Program-made: the position numbers and the translations under genes
Source of the DNA: Acidimicrobiales bacterium
Lineage (GTDB): Bacteria > Actinomycetota > Acidimicrobiia > Acidimicrobiales > SZUA-35
Length of the DNA: 64,000 bases
NCBI GenBank assembly: GCA_965216675.1
Contig: CBDCGK010000004.1
Coordinates: forward strand, 5,071,650 to 5,135,649
Reading direction: 5' to 3'
The notes under the pieces: generated by a model
Seen by the model: the letters and a program-made list of their open reading frames with translations, nothing else
What the model was told of the DNA's origin: nothing
The model's database searches: none
In this document: piece after piece, positions 1 through 8,665 of the stretch
How positions within the stretch are numbered: the first letter of the stretch is position 1
Layout of the letters: each line of letters begins with the position of its first letter

Positions 1-2274
1 CTGCCATCGTTCCGCCAGTTCCTGTTGGGCCTCCCGAGCCGCCGAATGCGATGGTCCGGAGAACAGCACCGACGCCTTGGCCGGCACCCCATCGGGGCTG
101 GATGCCCACTGGTAGAGGCCCTGCAAGATCCCGTTCTCGGATCCGTCGGGCTGGGGCGGCTGGTCGTAGTTCTCGTTGTAGATGGTGAGGTAGTAGAAGA
201 TGTCCTCGTTGTCGACGTACATGCGCTTGAGGCCGTCCTTGACGATCGCCCCCAGCTCGTAGGCGAACGCCGGATCGTAGGCCTGACAGGCCGGGACGGT
301 CGAGGCGAGGATGAGGCTGTGCCCGTCCTGATGCTGGAGGCCCTCACCGGCAAGCGTCGTTCGACCGGCGGTCGCGCCCATGAGGAATCCCCGGGCCCGG
401 GAGTCGGCGGCCGACCAGATGAGGTCGCCGACGCGCTGGAATCCGAACATCGAGTAGAACGTATAGAACGGCACCATCGGAACACCCCGGTGGGCGTAGC
501 TGGTGGCCGCCGCAATCCAGCTGGCGGTGGCGCCGGCTTCGGTGATGCCCTCCTCGAGGATCTGGCCGTCGGAATCCTCGGTGTAGGACAACAGAAGCTC
601 GTGGTCGACCGGTTCGTAGAGCTGTCCGAAGGGGGCGTAGATCTCGAATTCGCGGAACATCGAGTCCATGCCGAAGGTTCGGGCCTCGTCGGGAACGATC
701 GGCACCACCCGCTTGCCGAAGCCCTCCTCCCTCATCAGCTCCCGCAAAAGGTTCGTGAAGGCCATCGTCGTCGACACCTCACGACCGCCGGATCCCTCGG
801 TGGCCGGTTTGAACGGCGCGTCGCTGGGAAGGTCGAGCGCCCGCCGGGTTCTGGTCACCCGCTGGGGGAGGGGCCCGTCGAGTGCCCGGCGGCGGGTGAC
901 CATGTACTGGTGCTCGACTGAATCGGGTTCCGGACGGAAATAGGGCGGGACGCCCTCCGACAGCGACTCCTCGGGGATCTCCTCATGGAGGTAGAGCCGA
1001 TCCCGCAGTTCGAGCATCTGATCGCGGGTCATTTTCTTGATCTGGTGCGTGGCATTGCGGGCCTCCAGGCCCTGACCCAGCGTCCACCCCTTCACGGTCT
1101 TGGCCAGGATCACGGTCGGTTGGCCCTCGTGCTCGGTGGCCGCCTTGTAGGCCGCGTACACCTTCTGATAGTCGTGGCCGCCGCGGGGCAGGTTGCGCAG
1201 CTCCTCGTCACTCAGGTGCTCCACCAGCTTGCGGAGCCTCGGGTCGGGGCCGAAGAAGTGCTCCCGGATGTACGAGCCGTCCTCGACGGCGTAGCGCTGA
1301 AACTCGCCGTCCACGGTGGTGTTCATCTTGTTCAGGAGAATGCCGTCGACGTCACGCTGCAACAGCTCGTCCCACCGGCCGCCCCAGACCACCTTGATCA
1401 CGTTCCAACCGGCACCCCGGAACACGCCTTCCAGCTCCTGGATGATCTTGCCGTTGCCCCGTACCGGGCCGTCGAGCCGTTGGAGGTTGCAGTTGATGAC
1501 CCAGGTGAGGTTGTCGAGCCCCGACCGGCCGGCCAGCGAGATTGAGCCGAGGGTTTCGGGCTCGTCGGTCTCGCCGTCGCCGAGGAAGGCCCACACCCGG
1601 GAGTTCTGGGTGTCGTCGATCCGCCGGCTTTCGAGGTATTTCAGAAAGCGGGCGTGGTAGATCGAGTTGATCGGGCCGAGGCCCATCGACACGGTCGGAT
1701 ACTCCCAGAAGTCCGGCATGAGGCGGGGGTGGGGATAGCTCGACAGGCCGTGGCCGCCGACCTCGAATCGGAAGTTGTCGAGGTGGGCGGCGTCGAGGCG
1801 TCCCTCCATGAAGGCACGGGCGTAGACGCCGGGGGCGGCGTGGCCTTGGAAGTAGACGGCGTCACCGGGCAAGCCGTCCTCCTTGCCCCGGAAGAACCAG
1901 TTGAACCCGACCTCATAGAGTGCGGCCGACGATGCGAACGTGGAGAGGTGGCCGCCGATGCCGTCGGATTTCTTGTTGGCCCTGATGACCATCGCCGCCG
2001 CGTTCCACCGGATGAAGGCCCGGATCCGCCGCTCGATGTGCTCGTCACCGGGGAAGAACGGCTGCTGCTCGGTCGGGATGGTGTTCAGGTAGTCGGTGGA
2101 GACGCCTTCGGCGTTGCCAAGCTGGAGTTCACGAGCATGCTGGTTCAACCGTCCCAGGAGATAGCGGGCCCTGGTCTTGCCCGCAGCGCTGTTGACGGCC
2201 TCCAGGGATTCGATCCATTCGGCGGTTTCTTCGGGGTCGATGTCGGGAAGTTGACTCAGGAAGCCGTTGCTCAT
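1..2274 (-). CDS. aceE: Pyruvate dehydrogenase E1 component, homodimeric AceE type (C-terminal end cut by window edge)
   Basis: Absent from the ORF track because it has no stop inside the window. My reverse-strand translation from the start codon (CAT on + at 2272-2274) reads [27 protein letters not shown]... It stays open to position 1 (about 757 codons) and includes [11 protein letters not shown] (ThDP motif region) and [14 protein letters not shown], both typical of AceE. Confidence 0.85.
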   Translation of the reverse strand, partial: MSNGFLSQLPDIDPEETAEWIESLEAVNSAAGKTRARYLLGRLNQHARELQLGNAEGVSTDYLNTIPTEQQPFFPGDEHIERRIRAFIRWNAAAMVIRANKKSDGIGGHLSTFASSAALYEVGFNWFFRGKEDGLPGDAVYFQGHAAPGVYARAFMEGRLDAAHLDNFRFEVGGHGLSSYPHPRLMPDFWEYPTVSMGLGPINSIYHARFLKYLESRRIDDTQNSRVWAFLGDGETDEPETLGSISLAGRSGLDNLTWVINCNLQRLDGPVRGNGKIIQELEGVFRGAGWNVIKVVWGGRWDELLQRDVDGILLNKMNTTVDGEFQRYAVEDGSYIREHFFGPDPRLRKLVEHLSDEELRNLPRGGHDYQKVYAAYKAATEHEGQPTVILAKTVKGWTLGQGLEARNATHQIKKMTRDQMLELRDRLYLHEEIPEESLSEGVPPYFRPEPDSVEHQYMVTRRRALDGPLPQRVTRTRRALDLPSDAPFKPATEGSGGREVSTTMAFTNLLRELMREEGFGKRVVPIVPDEARTFGMDSMFREFEIYAPFGQLYEPVDHELLLSYTEDSDGQILEEGITEAGATASWIAAATSYAHRGVPMVPFYTFYSMFGFQRVGDLIWSAADSRARGFLMGATAGRTTLAGEGLQHQDGHSLILASTVPACQAYDPAFAYELGAIVKDGLKRMYVDNEDIFYYLTIYNENYDQPPQPDGSENGILQGLYQWASSPDGVPAKASVLFSGPSHSAAREAQQELAERWQ

Positions 2275-2369
2275 GGAAACCATTGTGCACCAGAGAGCGT
2301 GCGTTCGGCACGTACTCCCCGAGGTTGGCGAAGGTCGCGGCGGCCGGGGCCTGTGCCACTACCATCGTC

Positions 2370-3356
2370 GTGGTGCCCGAGCCCTCTCCCGACACCACCG
2401 AGCCGCCGAGCGCAACCGATTCCGCTCCGGCTGATCCTGCCCACTCGTTCACGACCGTGTACACCGACGGCGCCTGTTCGGGCAACCCGGGTCCAGGAGG
2501 TTGGGCGTGGGCCACGGTCGACGGACGGCAGGCATCGGGCGGCGATCCCGACACAACCAACCAGCGGATGGAACTGACCGCTGTGCTGAAGGCGCTGCAG
2601 GCCATCGACGGGCCGGTCAGCATTCACTCGGACTCGACGTACGTGGTCAACTGCTTCAACGACCGGTGGTACGAGGGCTGGTTGGCCCGCAACTGGCGAA
2701 ACTCCCAGAAGAAACCGGTGGCCAACCGTGATCTGTGGGAGCCGCTGGTCGAGATCTTCGAACGTCGGCGCCCGGACCTTAGGTTCGTCTGGGTCAAGGG
2801 CCACTCCGGCGATCCGATGAACGATCTGGTTGACGCACTCGCCGTCGCCGAGGTCGACCGCCTGCGTCCGGCTGATCGGTCGCTGGAGAGCCCGGTGGAT
2901 GAGGCCGGACCGACCCCGCCGTGGCCGATCGAGCGGGCGGTGGCGGTCACCGGTGGAGCCGAACCATCGAGCGAGTCCCTCGAGGGCCTGGTCGAGACCA
3001 TCGCCGGTCTCGATCCGGGATACGACGTCGTGGTGTCCGGACTCCGGCGCGGCGCGGAGCTGGTGGCCGGCGAGTCGGCGGTCGACCACCGGATTCCGCT
3101 CGGTGTCGTGCTTCCGTTCGTCGACCCGGCCGCCCGGTGGCCGTCGAGCGATCGCAGTCGATTCGATCGCTGTATCGAGGCGGCGGAGTGGGTGGTGACG
3201 CTCGATGGCAACATTGCCAAACCGGGCGCGGCCGTGGCCCGGCGAAACGACTGGCTCTGGTCATCGGTCGTCGGCGTGATCGTCGTGGACGATTCGTCAC
3301 TGGTCGACAGGCTCGACGAGTTGGGCCTCGGCGTCGTGGCCATCGACCCGGATTGA
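2370..3356 (+). CDS. rnhA: Ribonuclease HI fused to a C-terminal SLOG/YpsA(DUF1273)-like domain
   Basis: The RNase HI core reads VYTDGACSGNPGPGGWAW...NQRMELTAVLKAL...IHSDSTYVVN...WVKGHSGDPMNDLVDALA. About 165 further residues follow (AVAVTGG...VVVSGLRRGAELVAGESA...VVLPF...W...RNDW...GVIVVDD) and match the YpsA/SLOG pattern from memory. The track ORF opens at TTG 2283, only 8 nt from the divergent aceE start, so GTG 2370 or 2373 is the more plausible start. Confidence 0.75.
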   Translation: MVPEPSPDTTEPPSATDSAPADPAHSFTTVYTDGACSGNPGPGGWAWATVDGRQASGGDPDTTNQRMELTAVLKALQAIDGPVSIHSDSTYVVNCFNDRWYEGWLARNWRNSQKKPVANRDLWEPLVEIFERRRPDLRFVWVKGHSGDPMNDLVDALAVAEVDRLRPADRSLESPVDEAGPTPPWPIERAVAVTGGAEPSSESLEGLVETIAGLDPGYDVVVSGLRRGAELVAGESAVDHRIPLGVVLPFVDPAARWPSSDRSRFDRCIEAAEWVVTLDGNIAKPGAAVARRNDWLWSSVVGVIVVDDSSLVDRLDELGLGVVAIDPD

Positions 3357-3390
3357 CCGGCCGACTCGACTGGTCGATTCGACGGTGGCT

Positions 3391-3615
3391 CTAGGCCACC
3401 CAGCGAATCGAAAGGGAGCGGAACGCCTCGTTGACCTCCCCCAGCATCGATAGTGCCAGGTCGACGTTGCGGTGGTTGGCGTCGGGCCCGGGTGTGAGAT
3501 CCGACACAAGACTCCGGTGGGCCCGTTCGACCTCGTCCCAGCTGGCACCGCTGCCGAGCCCCAGGGCCGCCAGATGCCGGCGAATAGTCGGTGATTCAAA
3601 CATCGAATGGTCCAT
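3391..3615 (-). CDS. Small hypothetical protein (weak J-domain-like segment, no HPD motif)
   Basis: 74-codon ORF with GC3-rich codons. The segment LGLGSGASWDEVERAHRSL resembles J-domain helix II, but the HPD tripeptide is absent. Confidence 0.35.
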   Translation of the reverse strand: MDHSMFESPTIRRHLAALGLGSGASWDEVERAHRSLVSDLTPGPDANHRNVDLALSMLGEVNEAFRSLSIRWVA

Positions 3616-3824
3616 TGCGCGCCGTTCCCTATCTGTCGACCGAAACGAGCACTAACGGAATTTCCGTTGTCGCCAAGGGTGCTACTCACCGCCGATCGAC
3701 TCTCACCAATCTGGTCGCTTCAGGGTCGCAATGAAAGCATGAGGGAAAGATCACCCATGTCGATCCAGATCGGATCATCGGTGCCGGCTCCCGCAATGAC
3801 GTCCGCCGATGATCGGGGCAGGCG

Positions 3825-4259
3825 CTATTCGACCACCGACGCCAGCCGCTCGAGCGTCTTCGTCATGTTGATGACATGACGGTCGGGGTAGCCGACCCAT
3901 TCGTAGAACGGTGGGAATCGGGAGCTGGACCAGTCGAACGACTCGGTGACAAGGGTGTGACCGTTGGGCAGCGGTTCCAGCTCATAGCGCCAGATGTGAT
4001 GGCCGAAATGCCGCCACGCGATCAACCGGTCTGGTTCGAACTCGACCACGGTGTTGCTGATCCGGTACGGAACGCCCAGTTTCATGTCCATCCCGAACCG
4101 GGAACCCAACTCGAGGCGGGTCTGGCTGTCGTCGAGAGCCCCTTGGACGGTGCCGGACCCGTCGATCAAGCTGTGATTCGCCGGATCGGCCAGGATCGAA
4201 AAGATCGTGGAGGCGTCGGCGGCCACCTCCCGGGCGACGGACACAGTTCGATCAGACAC
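3825..4259 (-). CDS. SRPBCC (START/polyketide cyclase-dehydrase-like) family protein
   Basis: 144 aa. The N-terminus VSVAREVAADASTIFSILADPANHSLIDGSG and the overall size and pattern are typical of SRPBCC ligand-binding proteins. Confidence 0.65.
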   Translation of the reverse strand: MSDRTVSVAREVAADASTIFSILADPANHSLIDGSGTVQGALDDSQTRLELGSRFGMDMKLGVPYRISNTVVEFEPDRLIAWRHFGHHIWRYELEPLPNGHTLVTESFDWSSSRFPPFYEWVGYPDRHVINMTKTLERLASVVE

Positions 4260-4327
4260 GACCTCAGCCTAATGGGAGTCGACCGGTGTACCTGCAGCCA
4301 CCCGCAACCCGCCGGGTGATGCCGGGT

Positions 4328-5227
4328 TCAGTCGAGGACGTGTCGAAGCGCTTCGGTCACCGTCTCATGGGCGAACGAGAATCCGTTGTCGACCAGCACC
4401 GCGGGCTCGACCCGCTGGCCCTCGAACAAGAGGCTGTCGGCTCGATCGGTGCCGAGCAGTAGGCGGGGACCGAACGCCGGGACCGGCAGGAACGCCGGCC
4501 GGTTCAGGACGTCGGCGAGCGCCTCGGTGAACTCGGCGTTGGTCACCGGATTCGGTGCCGTGAGGTTCACCGGCCCCGAGATGGCGTCGTGGTCGAGCAG
4601 GAAGCGGATGGCGCCGACCTCGTCGTCGATGCTGATCCACGAGAAGTACTGGTCGCCCGAACCAAACTTTCCACCGAGGCCCAGCTTGAACAGCGGCAGG
4701 AACTTGGGGAGCACGCCGCCCTCGGCGTCGAGCACGATGCCGGTACGGAGGAAGCACGTACGGATGCCGGCGTCGACCGCTGGCTTGGCCGACGCCTCCC
4801 AGGCTTCGACAAGATCGGCCAGGAAACCTTGACCGCGGCCGGACTCCTCGGTCAACACCTCGGCCCCTCGGCTGCCGTAATAACCGATGGCCGATCCTCC
4901 GAGAAACACCGATGGCGGCTCGGACGCCGTCGCGCAGGCGTTCGCCAGCAGGGACGTGGTGTCGGTGCGGCTCTCGACCAGGGTGCGTCGATAGTCGTCG
5001 GTCCAACGACGGTCGCCGATCCCTGCGCCGGCCAGGTTGATGACCGCATCGGCACCGCTGATGGCTTCGGAGTCGAGTTGCCCGGCGGCAGGATCCCATT
5101 CGATCTCGTCGGAGCCTGGTCGGGGCGGCCGGCGGACGAGACGAATCGGGCGGTGACCGGCCGCCGTGAGGGATTCGCGGAGTGCGGTGCCGATCAGCCC
5201 GCTCGATCCGGCGATGACGATTTCCAT
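4328..5227 (-). CDS. TIGR01777/YfcH-family NAD-dependent epimerase-like protein (with DUF1731-type C-terminus)
   Basis: 299 aa with a Rossmann motif IAGSSGLIG at the N-terminus and the YfcH-like pattern throughout. From memory, the same family sits between dlaT and lipB in mycobacteria. Confidence 0.8.
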   Translation of the reverse strand: MEIVIAGSSGLIGTALRESLTAAGHRPIRLVRRPPRPGSDEIEWDPAAGQLDSEAISGADAVINLAGAGIGDRRWTDDYRRTLVESRTDTTSLLANACATASEPPSVFLGGSAIGYYGSRGAEVLTEESGRGQGFLADLVEAWEASAKPAVDAGIRTCFLRTGIVLDAEGGVLPKFLPLFKLGLGGKFGSGDQYFSWISIDDEVGAIRFLLDHDAISGPVNLTAPNPVTNAEFTEALADVLNRPAFLPVPAFGPRLLLGTDRADSLLFEGQRVEPAVLVDNGFSFAHETVTEALRHVLD

Positions 5228-5469
5228 GCTGATAGGTCTCCTGAGGGTGGCTGACGCCGGTTAGGGTGACGGCTGTGAGTACTCGAATGCTACTCGTGCT
5301 CTCGCTCTTGTGCGGGCTGGCGATCCTCGCCGCGTTCGCCGTGCAGGTTCTGGTTTCCCGGTGACGGAACAGTCGAGGGGCATCTCGTGCTCTTCGTCCG
5401 GGTTCTTCGTTCGCCGGCCCGGGTTCGGAGGCGGGAGAGGCGCTAGTATCGGCGTCTGGATCGACGGAG

Positions 5470-6882
5470 GTGATTCCACTGAGCAGTCAACACTTTGACG
5501 TCGCGGTGATAGGCGGCGGGCCGGCCGGCTACGCCTCCGCCCTGTACGGCGCATCGGCCGGTCTGTCGATCGCGCTGGTCGAACACAACAAGATCGGCGG
5601 TACCTGCCTCAACGTCGGCTGCATACCGGCCAAGGAACTGCTGGAGACGGCCAGCGTCTTCCGCACGGTCTCCCACGCCGCCGACTTCGGTGTTCTGGCC
5701 GATGCTCCGGGCCTGGAGTGGTCGAAGACGCTGTCTCGCAAGCAGGGGATCATCGACCAGCTCGTCGGGGGACTCACCGGCCTGCTCAAGGGGCGTAAGG
5801 TCACCCTGTTCGACGGTCGGGGCCAACTCGGTGGTGATCACCGCACGGTCAACATCAGCGGTGGCGAGTCGGGGGATGTGGCCATCACCGCCGACAACAT
5901 CGTCCTCGCCGCGGGGTCGGTCACCCGCTCGTTGCCCGGTTTCCCGATCGACGGCCAGCGGATCGTCACCTCCGACGAACTGCTGTCGATCCCGTCACTG
6001 CCGGCCTCGGCGATCGTCATCGGCGGTGGAGCCATCGGTTGTGAGTTCGCGTCGATGATGAGCGATCTCGGCACCGAGGTGACGATCCTCGAATACATGC
6101 CCAAGATCCTTCCCGGTTGTGACGTCGACGTCACCAAGGTGGTCGAGCGGTCCTTCAAGAAGCGGGGGATCGACATCCGGACCGGGGTGGCCGTCGAGAG
6201 CCAGACCACCTCCGCCGACGGCGTCACCGTCACATTCGGTGACGGCGAACAGCTCACCGCCGAGACCGTCGTCATGTCCGTCGGTCGCCAGCCGGCGTCA
6301 TCGACCCTCGGCCTCGAGAACACGTCGGTTCAGGTCGACGAGCGGGGCTTCATCGTGGTCGACGACCATTGTCGCACCGGGGTCGACGGGGTCTGGGCGG
6401 TTGGTGATGTCATCAACACCGCCCAGCTGGCCCACATCGGCTTCGCCGAGGGCATCCTCGTCATCGGCGACATTCTGGGCGAGAACCCGGTGCCGGTCGA
6501 CTACGGGAAGGTTCCGTGGTGCATCTACTGCCATCCCGAGGTCGCCTTCGCCGGCCATTCCGAGGAGTCGGCGAAGGAGGCCGGATTCGACGTGGTGGTG
6601 TCCAAGCACCGCTATGCCGGCAACGGCCGGGCCATGATCGTCGGCGAGACCGACGGTCTTGTGAAAATCATCGCCGAGAAGCAGGCCGACGGCACGGGGG
6701 GCCGGATCCTCGGGGTCCACATGGTCGGTCCTTGGGTGACCGAGCAACTCGGACAGGGCTATCTGGCCGTGAACTGGGAGGCCACCGTCGATGAGGTGGC
6801 CCAGTTCATCCAGCCCCATCCGACGATGAGCGAGTTGTTCGGTGAGTCGGTACTGGCGTTGACCGGCCGCTCGCTCCATTGA
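5470..6882 (+). CDS. lpd: Dihydrolipoyl dehydrogenase (E3)
   Basis: 470 aa. FAD motif VIGGGPAGY, redox-active disulfide GGTCLNVGCIPAK, and a C-terminal HPTMSE His-Glu dyad. Confidence 0.9.
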   Translation: MIPLSSQHFDVAVIGGGPAGYASALYGASAGLSIALVEHNKIGGTCLNVGCIPAKELLETASVFRTVSHAADFGVLADAPGLEWSKTLSRKQGIIDQLVGGLTGLLKGRKVTLFDGRGQLGGDHRTVNISGGESGDVAITADNIVLAAGSVTRSLPGFPIDGQRIVTSDELLSIPSLPASAIVIGGGAIGCEFASMMSDLGTEVTILEYMPKILPGCDVDVTKVVERSFKKRGIDIRTGVAVESQTTSADGVTVTFGDGEQLTAETVVMSVGRQPASSTLGLENTSVQVDERGFIVVDDHCRTGVDGVWAVGDVINTAQLAHIGFAEGILVIGDILGENPVPVDYGKVPWCIYCHPEVAFAGHSEESAKEAGFDVVVSKHRYAGNGRAMIVGETDGLVKIIAEKQADGTGGRILGVHMVGPWVTEQLGQGYLAVNWEATVDEVAQFIQPHPTMSELFGESVLALTGRSLH

Positions 6883-7058
6883 TGACGTCGCCACCCGCCG
6901 GCCGCGACACGCATCGTCGGGCACGGATCGACGGAGTGTTCGCCTCGACCGACCTCAGCGTCCTAGTCTGGTGACGAACCATCGGACTCGATCGCGGCGA
7001 TCGAACGTTGCGCCAACCAAACCGCGCTATCAACAGCTACATGAGGAGTTGACGACCA

Positions 7059-8579
7059 GTGGCCCAAATTGAGATGCCCCAACTTGGTGAGACCGTCACC
7101 GAAGGCACCATCACCCGGTGGTTCAAGTCGGTCGGGGACACGGTGAGTCAGGACGAGGTGCTCTTCGAGGTCTCCACCGACAAGGTCGACTCAGAGGTAC
7201 CGTCGCCGGCTACCGGCACCCTCACCGAGATTCTGGTTCCCGAGGGAGAGACCGTCGACGTCGGCACCGTTCTCGCCGTGGTGTCCGACGGAGCCGCCGC
7301 ACCGGCCGACGGGCCCGCCGAGAGCGCGCCGGCTGCCGAGGAGCCTCCGCCGGAGCCCCAACCGGCGCCGGAGCCCCAACCGGCACCGGAGCCCCAACCG
7401 GCGCCCGAACCCGCCGCAGCCGCTCCTGCAGCCGAGCCGACCGCTCCGCCGGAGGCGACTCGGGCCGCCCCGCCGCCATCGCCCGAGCCGGCAGCGGCCG
7501 AGCAGCCTGCGGCCGGCGACGGTGGCCCGTCCCGCACCGAGGGCAAGGTGCTGTCACCGGTCGTTCGACGCCTCATCAACGAGTACGGGATCGACCCCGA
7601 CCAGATCGAGGGATCCGGTCTTGGTGGTCGGATCAGTCGCGACGATGTTCAGCGCCACATCGAGGCCAACCACCTGACACCGGTCGACGGGGGCCAGGCT
7701 GCACCGGCCCAGCGTGCGGAGGCGCCCGCTCCGGCGGCCGAGGCGCCCCAACAGCAGGCTCCGGCGCAGGCCCAACCAGCACAACCCCAGCCGGCAGCCG
7801 CTCCGGCTCCGGCGCCCGCGCCGTCATCGGCACCGGTACCGGCCCCAGCGGCCCAAGCGGGCATCCGCGACGTCGTCGTGCCGCTGTCGAACATCAGGCT
7901 GCGGACGGGCGAGCACATGGTGATGTCGAAATCGGTGGCACCGCACACGCTCACGGCGATGGAGATCGATTACGAAGGGGTGGAGAAGGTTCGCAAGAGC
8001 CACGGTGCCGACTTCAAGAGCCAGGAGGGCTTCAGCCTCACCTACCTCCCGTTCATCTCGCGAGCGACCATCGACGCGCTGCGGGAGTACCCGCACCTCA
8101 ACGCTTCGGTCGGCGACCGGGAGTTGATCGTGCACAACTATGTGAACCTCGCCGTCGCCGTCGATCTCGACTTCCAGGGTTTGCTGGCGCCGGTCGTTCG
8201 TGACGCCGACGGCAAGCGCATGCGGGCCATCGCCCGCGACATCTCGGACCTCGCCCGGCGGGCCCGGTCCAAGCAGCTGTCGCCCGACGAGCTGTCGGGA
8301 GGCACGTTCACCCTCACCAATGCCGGTGGCTACGGCACGATGATGCAGTTCCCGATCATCAACCAGCCGCAGGTGGCCATTCTGTCGACCGATGCGGTCA
8401 AACGGAAGCCGGTGGTCATCGAGGACGATTACGGCAACGAGTCGATCGCGATCCACTCGGTCGGTGTGCTGGCCCTGGCCTGGGACCACCGGGCGATCGA
8501 CGGCGCCTATGCCGCGGCCTTCATGGCCCGGGTGAAAGAGATCATCGAGACGAGAGACTGGTCCACAGAGATCGCCTAG
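7059..8579 (+). CDS. sucB: Dihydrolipoamide acyltransferase E2 (DlaT/SucB type, single lipoyl domain)
   Basis: Contains a lipoyl domain (EVSTDKVDSEVPSP) followed by Pro/Ala linkers. It also has a peripheral subunit-binding domain (SPVVRRLINEYGIDPDQIEGSGLGGRISRDDV) and a catalytic domain with DHRAIDG. Confidence 0.9.
   Translation: MAQIEMPQLGETVTEGTITRWFKSVGDTVSQDEVLFEVSTDKVDSEVPSPATGTLTEILVPEGETVDVGTVLAVVSDGAAAPADGPAESAPAAEEPPPEPQPAPEPQPAPEPQPAPEPAAAAPAAEPTAPPEATRAAPPPSPEPAAAEQPAAGDGGPSRTEGKVLSPVVRRLINEYGIDPDQIEGSGLGGRISRDDVQRHIEANHLTPVDGGQAAPAQRAEAPAPAAEAPQQQAPAQAQPAQPQPAAAPAPAPAPSSAPVPAPAAQAGIRDVVVPLSNIRLRTGEHMVMSKSVAPHTLTAMEIDYEGVEKVRKSHGADFKSQEGFSLTYLPFISRATIDALREYPHLNASVGDRELIVHNYVNLAVAVDLDFQGLLAPVVRDADGKRMRAIARDISDLARRARSKQLSPDELSGGTFTLTNAGGYGTMMQFPIINQPQVAILSTDAVKRKPVVIEDDYGNESIAIHSVGVLALAWDHRAIDGAYAAAFMARVKEIIETRDWSTEIA
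7350..7403. repeat. 18-nt tandem repeat x3 (CCGGAGCCCCAACCGGCG) encoding PEPQPA x3 in the E2 linker
   Basis: Three consecutive copies were read directly at 7350-7367, 7368-7385 and 7386-7403, with one substitution. The repeat is in frame within the Pro/Ala linker. Confidence 0.9.
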
Positions 8580-8589
8580 GAGGTCGGCG

Positions 8590-8665
8590 GATCGCCCGAC
8601 AGGGCGGAGGCCGTGTTCCGGACAGGGCGGAAGCCGTGATCCCGACAGGGTGGAAACCGTGACAG
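8590..8665. repeat. 23-nt tandem repeat, about 3.3 copies, spanning the E2-lipB intergenic region and the lipB start
   Basis: The copies are GATCGCCCGACAGGGCGGAGGCC (8590-8612), GTGTTCCGGACAGGGCGGAAGCC (8613-8635) and GTGATCCCGACAGGGTGGAAACC (8636-8658), then a partial GTGACAG. The annotated GTG start at 8650 lies inside copy 3. Confidence 0.85.

Noticed and set aside
2275-2369. The track start TTG 2283 for the RNase H gene, only 8 nt from the divergent aceE start.
   Set aside because: It leaves no room for either promoter. The first ~29 codons have no RNase H homology, so in-frame GTGs at 2370/2373 are preferred. This remains unverified.
6988-7004. Perfect 17-bp palindrome TCGATCGC-G-GCGATCGA about 55 nt upstream of the E2 gene, as a possible operator.
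   Set aside because: An 8-bp inverted repeat with fixed spacing is expected roughly once by chance in a 64-kb window. CGATCG-type palindromes are also common in high-GC DNA. Nothing else supports a regulatory role.
8590-8665. The 23-nt tandem repeats as a mini CRISPR array.
   Set aside because: The units are directly abutting with no spacers. There are only about 3 copies, and no cas genes or leader are present.
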